NCBI GenBank assembly: GCA_037444445.1
Contig: JBBIMK010000001.1
Coordinates: 5,012 to 69,011 of the forward strand
DNA from: a bacterium
GTDB lineage: Bacteria; UBP7; UBA6624; JBBIMK01
Reading direction: 5' to 3'
Length of the DNA: 64,000 nt
The notes beneath the pieces were generated by a model that had not been told where the DNA came from, searched no databases, and worked only from the letters and a program-made list of their open reading frames with translations. Made by a program: the position numbers and the translations under genes. Position 1 is the stretch's first letter. The number at the start of each line of letters is the position of its first letter. Positions 1 through 6,815 of the stretch are shown here, one piece after another.

Positions 1-252
1 CGGGTCGTGGTGGTTTCGGACGAACTCAATAACTGATTCGTCCATTCCCACGAAGTGAGCGATGTTTTGCTTGATGAAATAAGCGCCCACGCCCGAATGG
101 GGCCACTTCTTCACAGCGTACCATTCCTTCGGCTCGTACTTTTCCCTGTGCCTGTGGGACCGCGAAACCAACTTACCGAGGTCGTGGAGGAGGGCGGCGA
201 GGGCGATTTTCAAAGCCCCGGAGGAGGGGGTGGATTTGTCTTCTTTATCCAT
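1..252 (-). CDS. Cas10/Csm1-like protein, N-terminal HD nuclease domain only (gene continues left, beyond the window)
   Basis: Reverse-strand translation from the ATG at 252: MDKEDKSTPSSGALKIALAALLHDLGKLVSRSHRHREKYEPKEWYAVKKWPHSGVGAYFIKQNIAHFVGMDESVIEFVRNHHDP. The HD motif (LLHDLGK) sits about 20 aa from the start. The HSGVGAYF and NHH elements match the layout of the Csm1 N-terminal HD domain (LLHDIGKxxxR..H..VGAxxF...YHH). The frame stays open to the window edge. Confidence 0.5.
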   Translation of the reverse strand, partial: MDKEDKSTPSSGALKIALAALLHDLGKLVSRSHRHREKYEPKEWYAVKKWPHSGVGAYFIKQNIAHFVGMDESVIEFVRNHHDP

Positions 253-302
253 TCTGGCTCTTATTATATCGCAGGATGGGGGGGGTAAGTCCTTTTTAAT
301 TT

Positions 303-731
303 TCATTTCCCCATTTTTTTCAGGAGGATTTTTTCCTGCTGATGGAGCCGGGGGAGGTAATCCCGGTAGAGAAAGCGAACGGTTCGCTCATATTTCAAGC
401 GAATATCTTCTGACTGAGAATAGAGGTATTTGCCAGTTCGGATGATTTCAAACTGGAGAATATAAGGGGCTGTCTGCAGGTCTATGACATCCAGGCGGTC
501 GGTGGGAAGGGCTTGAGAAACATCAGCATAGAAAAGGGAGTCAGAAAAGCCCTCATCCGGAAGAATGGCAAGGTCAATATCTATGGCAGCAGAAAGGTGG
601 GAAGCGGCGGAACCGAAAAGGTAACAGAGCCGAAGGGAATGTCGGGGAAGAAGAGTTTTCAATAACTCCAACCGGTTCCGGATGTCTGCAGGCAGGGGTT
701 TGAGCCCGGCATATTTTTCGGGAAGACTCAT
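303..731 (-). CDS. MNT-type minimal nucleotidyltransferase (HepT/MNT antitoxin-like) with no HEPN partner
   Basis: 142 aa. Pol-beta-type nucleotidyltransferase signature LFGSAASHLSAAIDIDLAIL (GS-x10-DxD). Only 45 nt separate it from the downstream Cas10-like start, so there is no room for a HEPN gene. Confidence 0.75.
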   Translation of the reverse strand: MSLPEKYAGLKPLPADIRNRLELLKTLLPRHSLRLCYLFGSAASHLSAAIDIDLAILPDEGFSDSLFYADVSQALPTDRLDVIDLQTAPYILQFEIIRTGKYLYSQSEDIRLKYERTVRFLYRDYLPRLHQQEKILLKKMGK

Positions 732-744
732 CGTCCTACACCCT

Positions 745-856
745 ACGCATTATATCAGGGGAGGGGGCAAGGGTTGCGGGGCGGGAGGAGACAAGCTCCT
801 CCCCTACATAAGCAATAATACGCATTATATCAGGGGAGGGGGCAAGGGTTGCGGGG
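745..856. repeat. Two perfect 37-bp direct repeats (745-781 and 820-856) separated by a 38-bp unique spacer. Either a mini CRISPR-like array or a tandem promoter/operator duplication.
   Basis: ACGCATTATATCAGGGGAGGGGGCAAGGGTTGCGGGG occurs twice, identically, 75 bp apart. The pair fills nearly the whole cas6-MNT intergenic region. The spacer contains the inverted repeat GGAGGAG...CTCCTCC. Each repeat has a small palindrome GCAAGGGTTGC. Confidence 0.85.
749..757 (-). promoter_or_regulatory. Extended -10 element TGATATAAT (minus strand) inside the proximal repeat, about 17 nt upstream of the MNT ATG
   Basis: The reverse complement of forward 749-757 (attatatca) is TGATATAAT, the TGn+TATAAT consensus. 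An identical copy lies at 824-832 in the second repeat. Confidence 0.45.
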
Positions 857-858
857 GC

Positions 859-1635
859 TCAGGGGTTGAGGGAGGTGGCGCCAAAGCCCATAGGGGTTTT
901 GTAGCCGATTCCGCAAAGGGGGGCGAAGGTGGCGAGAGCGGAGAGCATCTTTCGTTCGGGTTCGGAAAATTGCCCGGGGAAGTGGTATTCGCATTCGCCT
1001 TTGAAGCCGATGATGCTGTAGGTGGAGAAAGGGACGAGTTCAGTGTGGAGGCGGTAGCGGCCCACGAGGATGTGAGAGAAGAGGTTGTTGAGGTCGGGCG
1101 GGAAGGCGATGGGGCTGAAGGCATTCCAGCGGTCTAAAAGGGAAGCAAAGACGAGATGGGGGTCGGGGAAGAGGATGCTTTTCCCTTTCTGACGGAAGCA
1201 GGTGGGGGTGAGGAAGTGGAAGGTGATTCGGGTTGCGGGTTCTGCGTGCTGAAAGATTTCTTCAAAGGAGGTGGAAGCGACTTCTACAGACTGGATTCTG
1301 ATTTTGCCGGAGCCTAAGAGGGAAGGGGAGCGAAGAAGGAAGGCTTTTGTAATGATTTCGGGCTGGGGGCCGAAGTAGTGGAGAATCAAGGTGAACCCTG
1401 TTTTTTCGGAGATGGAAAGGGAGCCTTTTTCGGGACGTTGGGCGGTGAGGAGATGTATGGAGAAGGGTTTCCGGGGAAGGTGATGGAGTCTGTCGGCAAG
1501 GGGGGCGCTGGATTTTTGGAGGAGGGTAAAGAAAAGGGCGTGGGCTTCTTCACCGCCGTAGCCCCGTAGAGATAGAGCCTGGAGAGATTTCAACCGGATC
1601 TGGAAGGAGTGGATGGAGGGATTCACAGGGTTCAA
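859..1635 (-). CDS. cas6: Cas6-family CRISPR endoribonuclease
   Basis: 258 aa. C-terminal glycine-rich loop GIGYKTPMGFG matches the Cas6 GhGxxxxxGhG signature. The N-terminal beta-alpha segment (IRLKSLQALSLRGYGGEEAHALFFTLL) resembles the Cas6 ferredoxin fold start. TTG start. Lies next to the Cas10-like gene. Confidence 0.65.
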   Translation of the reverse strand: MNPVNPSIHSFQIRLKSLQALSLRGYGGEEAHALFFTLLQKSSAPLADRLHHLPRKPFSIHLLTAQRPEKGSLSISEKTGFTLILHYFGPQPEIITKAFLLRSPSLLGSGKIRIQSVEVASTSFEEIFQHAEPATRITFHFLTPTCFRQKGKSILFPDPHLVFASLLDRWNAFSPIAFPPDLNNLFSHILVGRYRLHTELVPFSTYSIIGFKGECEYHFPGQFSEPERKMLSALATFAPLCGIGYKTPMGFGATSLNP

Positions 1636-2840
1636 GCCTTTGAGGTTGGAGGGTTTTGTTCTAATAAGGCGGTTTGGAGGCGTTTTACCATCAGGGTGGC
1701 GTAGGAAGCGGGGGGGAGGGAACAGTGAAGCCAGGCTTTGAGCCTGCCGGGATAGAGTTCATCTGGCTCAAAGGGGCTGAGTTGAAGGGTTTCCGGGAAG
1801 AGAAGGAAATTGCGGGGGGTAGATTTGAAGCAGGCTCTTTTGAGCCACGGCAGGCGAAAGGCTTCTGGAGTGAGTTTTTCACGGGAGAGAATTTCCTCAT
1901 AAACCTTCAGGAATAGAGGGTCGGAAGGAAGTGATGTGGCATCTACCAGCGGGAGTTTTGCTTGCCGGAGGTAGTCGAGTTTGTCGTCAGGAAGGGTTTG
2001 ATAGAAGTAGAAGGAACCAGCCGGATGCTTCCAGATGAGAAAGGGTTCGTCGGGCAGGAATTTTTGGAGGATGAGAATAGCCATTTCGTTCCAGAGGTAA
2101 CTCTGGTAAGCGTTGATGAGAATGGAAAGAAGGTGAGAAGGAATCTGGTTGACGGCCTGTGTGAAGGCGGTGGGGTGGTTTTTTAAGAAGGTGAGAATTT
2201 TTTGCTCACTGCCTCTGGGAGTCAGGGGCAGGGCTTTATGCCAGTTGCCCCAGTGGTGGAAGAGGAAGCGTTTGAAGGCTTTGATGCGGGCGGGGTCTTC
2301 GCGAGATGGCTGGGCGAGGAAGAGTTTCAGGGCACCCTCCGGGTCGTTCTTCAGCAGACGGTCGGCGAAGAACCCCTTCCCGTGACGGGCGCTCCCAAAT
2401 CGCTGCTCGTCAAAGTAGTTCACCACTCCGAACTGAGCGATTTCTTTCAGGGATTGCAGGATTTTTGAGCGGTGGGCCTTCGGTATGTGACGAAGGAGGA
2501 TTTTGAAGCGATTGCCCTTGAGGAGTCGGGAAGTGATAGGTTCATCGGCGTAGCCAATGTGAATGAGGGAAAAGTTCTGCTGGTGGATGGAGCGGGATGG
2601 CGGGGGATTGCCTGTAATGGACAGGTATTGAACGGTAAGGGCATGGCGGTCTTTTAATCCAGCGTAGTGGAAATTTCTTTCTGGTAAGCGAAGGTGACGG
2701 GAGAGGATGGAGACACAGTCCAGGGTGGTGAGGCTCTTTTTTTCCAGGCGAAAGATAGCGTGTTTTCCAGAGGAACTGAGAGTGGGTAGATGGAGAGTTT
2801 CTTCTACGATGAATTCTTCGGGTTTGACTTTAATTTTCAC
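1632..2840 (-). CDS. truD: tRNA pseudouridine synthase TruD/Pus7 family
   Basis: 402 aa. Motifs PEEFIVEE, HYAGLKDRHALT (catalytic Asp in the GxKD motif) and NYFDEQRFG match TruD motifs I and II. GTG start. The stop TGA overlaps the cas6 TTG start (GCTTGAAC). Confidence 0.85.
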   Translation of the reverse strand: MKIKVKPEEFIVEETLHLPTLSSSGKHAIFRLEKKSLTTLDCVSILSRHLRLPERNFHYAGLKDRHALTVQYLSITGNPPPSRSIHQQNFSLIHIGYADEPITSRLLKGNRFKILLRHIPKAHRSKILQSLKEIAQFGVVNYFDEQRFGSARHGKGFFADRLLKNDPEGALKLFLAQPSREDPARIKAFKRFLFHHWGNWHKALPLTPRGSEQKILTFLKNHPTAFTQAVNQIPSHLLSILINAYQSYLWNEMAILILQKFLPDEPFLIWKHPAGSFYFYQTLPDDKLDYLRQAKLPLVDATSLPSDPLFLKVYEEILSREKLTPEAFRLPWLKRACFKSTPRNFLLFPETLQLSPFEPDELYPGRLKAWLHCSLPPASYATLMVKRLQTALLEQNPPTSKA

Positions 2841-2890
2841 GGTGGCATGTTAGGGCAAGAGGGTGAGAGGGCAAGAGGGAGAGAGGGCAG
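2841..2890. repeat. Imperfect tandem 16-mer (AGGGCAAGAGGGWGAG, about 2.5 copies); pyrimidine-rich on the transcribed (minus) strand just upstream of truD
   Basis: gggcaagagggtgagagggcaagagggagagagggcag read directly from the sequence. Confidence 0.6.
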
Positions 2891-3286
2891 TTATTTTGAG
2901 TTCCTCCTATTGGCTTGCTTCTTCCTTAAAGTTCCGATGAATGGGTTCAGCATGGGCAAAATTTCAAGGCAACTGGACTTCCTTGCTGAAAAAGTATCTT
3001 CATCAATAAAAATGAGGGTGTGGGGCTTGATGAGCCAGTTTAAGGTTTCGTGGGTAGACCCTCGTGCAATGGTGAGGGAATGAATATATTCAGCCCCACT
3101 TCGCCTGTCCCAGCCTTCAGCGATATTGGTGGAAATAGAGCCAGTGGAACGGATAAGTTTCCCAGCAATTGTCCGTGGGGAGGTTTTCGGTGGAAATCTT
3201 TCTACATCTTCTGCTACTCGGAGGAATAGTTCATGAGCCTTTCGCCATAAAACCAGCTCCTGAAAAGATTCCACTTTTTTCTCCAT
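2891..3286 (-). CDS. Four-helix-bundle protein (23S rRNA intervening-sequence protein / bAvd-like family)
   Basis: 131 aa. Segment NIAEGWDRRSGAEYIHSLTIARGSTHETLNWL is typical of the TIGR02436/PF05635 family. Confidence 0.6.
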   Translation of the reverse strand: MEKKVESFQELVLWRKAHELFLRVAEDVERFPPKTSPRTIAGKLIRSTGSISTNIAEGWDRRSGAEYIHSLTIARGSTHETLNWLIKPHTLIFIDEDTFSARKSSCLEILPMLNPFIGTLRKKQANRRNSK

Positions 3287-3438
3287 TCCAAGAGTTCATT
3301 ATATCTGATGTGGAAAGCGGTGAGACTCCACCGGAGCTTGTGTCCTTTGCATTTCCTATTCTCTGAACTTCCGTGCCCTCATCGTCTTTTGTCCCCTCGC
3401 TCTCCCTTTGGTATGATAAAGACAGGAGGGATGGAAGG

Positions 3439-3876
3439 ATGGCATATTTGAAGGAAATAGAGTTTAGCACGAAGGGGTTTAATCATATAGTGGATATTAC
3501 GGGGGATGTGCAGAAGGCGGTGGAGGAGTCAACTTATCGTGATGGGCTTGCCTGTGTGTTTGTGGCGGGGTCTACTGCTGGGGTGACGACGATTGAGTTT
3601 GAGGAAGGAGTGCTGGAGGATTTATCTAAGGCGATAGAGCGGATGGCACCGCAGAATATTCCATACGCTCACGACAGGAAATGGGGGGATGGGAATGGGT
3701 TTTCTCATGTGAGGGCGGCGCTGGTGGGGGCTTCACTGACGGTGCCATTTCAGGCGCGAAGATTGTTGCTGGGAACCTGGCAGCAGGTGGTGCTGGTGGA
3801 TTTTGACAACCGCCCCCGAAGGCGAAAGGTTTTTATTCAGGTTCTTGGAGGAAGAGAGGAAGGGGTGAGCGAGTAA
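3439..3876 (+). CDS. YjbQ/UPF0047 family protein (secondary thiamine-phosphate synthase-like)
   Basis: MAYLKEIEFSTKGFNHIVDITGDV...; aggagg Shine-Dalgarno before the internal ATG at 3439. Confidence 0.65.
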   Translation: MAYLKEIEFSTKGFNHIVDITGDVQKAVEESTYRDGLACVFVAGSTAGVTTIEFEEGVLEDLSKAIERMAPQNIPYAHDRKWGDGNGFSHVRAALVGASLTVPFQARRLLLGTWQQVVLVDFDNRPRRRKVFIQVLGGREEGVSE

Positions 3877-3890
3877 AAGGGGGAAGGCAA

Positions 3891-5633
3891 GTGGAAGAAA
3901 AAATCTGGTTTAAGTATTATGACAATTATGTGAAAAAGCATCTGGAATATCCAGATATTTCCCTTCATGAGTTGGTCTCATCAAGAGCCAGGGAGCACTG
4001 GAATAAAACTGCTCTGGTGTTTATGCAATATCGGATGAGTTATAAGCAACTGGAAGAAGAAAGCAACTGTTTTGCGCATTTTTTGTTGAAGAAGGGGATT
4101 GGGAAGGGGAAGCAGGTGGTGCTGGTGCTGGCGAACACGCCGCACTTTCCAGTGGCGTATTATGGGGTATTAAAGGCGGGGGCAACGGCGGTGCCGGTGA
4201 ACCCATTATATACTGCCCGGGAACTGGTATATTTTTTGAAAGATTCTGAAGCTTCTCTGGTGGTCGCGTTTGATATGTTTGCGCAGCGGGTGAGGAGTGC
4301 GTGCGAAGAGGCGGGGATTCGGGATGTGGTGGTGGGGAGTGCGGCGGATTATCTTCCACCCATTCAAGCGTTTCTGTATCGTTTCCTGAAAAAGGGAAGG
4401 GGAGAAGGAAAGCAGAGAAGCGAAGGAGGGATGAGGAGTTCAGGGGTTGAAAATCGGGGTGGGGAGTTCGGAGTTCGGAGTTCGGGGTTGAAGGGTTTCA
4501 GTGCTAAAGAATTGGTGGGAATAGGGTTTCGGCAGGCATTGAGAGAAGGCTCACCCTACCCTACCGGGGTTCAGGTGAAGGGAGATGACCTGGCGACATT
4601 GATTTATACGGGTGGAACGACTGGAGTTTCTAAGGGGGCTATGCTATTACATCGGAATTTAGTGGCAAATACTTTACAGTGTTCTGCGTGGTTTCCCGAG
4701 ATCAGCCAGGGGCGAGCCACTTTCGTGGCGGTGATGCCATTTTTTCATTCCTTTGGCCTCACAGTGGCATTGAATTTTGGGCTGTATATGGGGGCGGAGA
4801 TTGTGTTAATTCCCCGGTTTCATGCCAGAACCCTGCTTGAAACATTACAGATACTTCGTCCACCGGTTGTTCTTCCCGCAATTCCTTCTATCTTTTCAGC
4901 GATTAACCACTTTCCGAGGATTGAGCAGTATAATCTTTCATCGCTCTGGGTTTCTATCAGCGGTGGTGCGCCATTGCCGGTAGAGGTGCAGAAGAAGTTT
5001 GAAGCATTAACTCATTCTATACTGGTGGAAGGGTTTGGGCTGACGGAAACTTCACCGGTGACCCATGTGAACCCACTCCTCGGGAAGCGGAAGGAGGGGA
5101 GTATTGGATTACCTTTGCCGGATACGGATGTGAAGATAGTGGATGTGGAAAATGGTAAGAAGGAACTACCGGCAGGAGAAGAAGGAGAAGTTATTATCAA
5201 AGGTCCTCAAGTTATGGCTGGCTACTGGAAGAATGCGGAGGAAACGGCGAAAGTTCTTATGGATGGGTGGCTTTACACGGGCGACATCGGAAGGATGGAT
5301 GAAGACGGGTTCTTTTATATCGTGGACCGGAAGAAGGATATGGTTATCACGGAGGGGTTTAATGTATTTCCGAGGGAGATTGAGGAGGTTTTATATACTC
5401 ATCCGAAGGTGAAAGATGCGGCGGCGGTGGGCGTAAAAGACCGCTTAAAAGGAGAAGTGGTGAAGGCGTTCGTAGTTCCTAAGGAGGGCGAAATCCTGAC
5501 AAAAGAAGAAATCCTGAACTACTGTCAGGAGCATCTTGCCTGGTATAAAGTTCCGAAGTCTGTGGAATTTTTGCAGGAGTTGCCCAGAAGCGCCATCGGG
5601 AAAGTGTTGAGAAGGGAATTGAAAAAGCAATGA
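3891..5633 (+). CDS. fadD: Long-chain fatty-acid--CoA ligase (AMP-binding superfamily)
   Basis: YTGGTTGVSKGAMLLHRNL (A3 motif), GYWKNAEETAK, GDIGRMDEDGFFYIVDRKKD. GTG start preceded by aagggggaagg. Contains a G/R/S-rich low-complexity segment. Confidence 0.85.
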   Translation: MEEKIWFKYYDNYVKKHLEYPDISLHELVSSRAREHWNKTALVFMQYRMSYKQLEEESNCFAHFLLKKGIGKGKQVVLVLANTPHFPVAYYGVLKAGATAVPVNPLYTARELVYFLKDSEASLVVAFDMFAQRVRSACEEAGIRDVVVGSAADYLPPIQAFLYRFLKKGRGEGKQRSEGGMRSSGVENRGGEFGVRSSGLKGFSAKELVGIGFRQALREGSPYPTGVQVKGDDLATLIYTGGTTGVSKGAMLLHRNLVANTLQCSAWFPEISQGRATFVAVMPFFHSFGLTVALNFGLYMGAEIVLIPRFHARTLLETLQILRPPVVLPAIPSIFSAINHFPRIEQYNLSSLWVSISGGAPLPVEVQKKFEALTHSILVEGFGLTETSPVTHVNPLLGKRKEGSIGLPLPDTDVKIVDVENGKKELPAGEEGEVIIKGPQVMAGYWKNAEETAKVLMDGWLYTGDIGRMDEDGFFYIVDRKKDMVITEGFNVFPREIEEVLYTHPKVKDAAAVGVKDRLKGEVVKAFVVPKEGEILTKEEILNYCQEHLAWYKVPKSVEFLQELPRSAIGKVLRRELKKQ

Positions 5634-5655
5634 ACACCATACACGCGATTACGAG

Positions 5656-6789
5656 TTAGATTCCCAGTAAAGATTGGTAGACCTGGAGAGTTTTCTGTGT
5701 AAATTGCTGGATGGAAAAATGATGCATGGCGCGAAGGAATCCTGCTTCTCCCATTTTTTTCGCTTTTTCAGGGTTTTGAAATAGTTCCTGAAGGGCATCG
5801 GCGAGAGAAGAAGTGTCGCCGGGCGGGAATAAAATGCCCGTTTCACCGGGCTGGATGACATCCAGGATTCCACCGTGGGCAGAGGCAATTACCGCCTTTT
5901 TCATTGCCATTGCCTCCAGGGCAGTTCTACCAAATGCCTCGGGTACCGTGGATGGAACCACTACTACATCTAAGATGCTGAGATAGAGGGGAACATTTTC
6001 AGTGAAGCCGGTGAAACGGACGAATTCCTGGAGATGCCATTGATTGACGAGATTGAGCATAGAGTTTTTGTAGCCTATATGGGCCCTGGCATCGCCCACA
6101 ATGACTGCATAGAGGGGATAGTTTTTTTTATGGAGAAGCGATAATGCCTTCAAGAAGACCAGATGCCCTTTTCCGGGAGAAAGCCTGCCAATCATACCTG
6201 CTACAAAAGCATCTGTGGGGATGTGGAGTTGTTCTCTCAATCGGGCGCTTTCCTGCATAGCAGGGGGAGCAAATTCATTGAAGTTGATGCCCCGTGGTAT
6301 GACGATGATTTTATGTGAGGGAATGCGGAATTTTAACACGAGGTAATCCGCAAGGGGATGACTGACCACGATGATTTTCTCACCCAGCATAATGGAGCGT
6401 GAGAGGAGATGAGGACGGTAATAACCGTGTGCCGTGGTCAGAAAATGACAGGAAGTAGAGCGCGTGGCAAGATAGGCAACCCACGCGGGCATGCGAGAGC
6501 GAGCATGAACGATTTGTATCCCTTCTTTCTGGAGGAATCGCTTTAGAGGGAGTATGCAGGAAAGGGCGAGGAAAGGGTTTTTGGAACCGATGGGGAGAGT
6601 GAAGTGCACTCCGCCGATTTTTTCAATTTCAGAGACGAGCCTGCCTCCACCGGAAACCACACAGGGATTGGAGCCAGATTGAACGAGGGCATGAGCAATT
6701 TCAACAGTGCCTCGCTCCACACCCCCGTAGTCCAATCGTGGAAGCACCTGCAACACTTTCATAGGTAACTCATGTAAATTATAGACCAT
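5656..6789 (-). CDS. Glycosyltransferase family 1 (GT4-like)
   Basis: C-terminal EAFGRTALEAMAMKKAVIAS, typical of the GT-B E-x7-E region. Confidence 0.8.
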   Translation of the reverse strand: MVYNLHELPMKVLQVLPRLDYGGVERGTVEIAHALVQSGSNPCVVSGGGRLVSEIEKIGGVHFTLPIGSKNPFLALSCILPLKRFLQKEGIQIVHARSRMPAWVAYLATRSTSCHFLTTAHGYYRPHLLSRSIMLGEKIIVVSHPLADYLVLKFRIPSHKIIVIPRGINFNEFAPPAMQESARLREQLHIPTDAFVAGMIGRLSPGKGHLVFLKALSLLHKKNYPLYAVIVGDARAHIGYKNSMLNLVNQWHLQEFVRFTGFTENVPLYLSILDVVVVPSTVPEAFGRTALEAMAMKKAVIASAHGGILDVIQPGETGILFPPGDTSSLADALQELFQNPEKAKKMGEAGFLRAMHHFSIQQFTQKTLQVYQSLLGI

Positions 6790-6815
6790 AAGGGCATAAG
6801 CCTTATAATAGAGGT

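Noticed and set aside
258-303. Hidden HEPN/HepT toxin gene partnering the MNT
   Set aside because: Only 45 nt separate the MNT stop from the Cas10-like ATG, and the upstream side is occupied by the repeats and cas6. No ORF of suitable size exists.
745-900. Larger CRISPR array extending into cas6
   Set aside because: Only two exact copies exist. The third, tcaggggttgagggagg, is a weak partial match inside the cas6 coding end, and nothing similar was seen elsewhere in the 64 kb.
682-1137. Glycine-rich 151-aa ORF on the plus strand (IRGGGKGCG... twice)
   Set aside because: It is just the translation of the two 37-bp repeats plus the antisense of the cas6 3' end, and has no independent support. 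The proline-rich 825..1124 minus-strand ORF is likewise an alternate frame of cas6.
2891-3286. Diversity-generating retroelement suggested by the bAvd-like four-helix-bundle protein
   Set aside because: No reverse transcriptase ORF is present within several kb, and no template/variable repeat pair of about 100 bp with A-specific mismatches. The only repeats nearby are the identical 37-mers.
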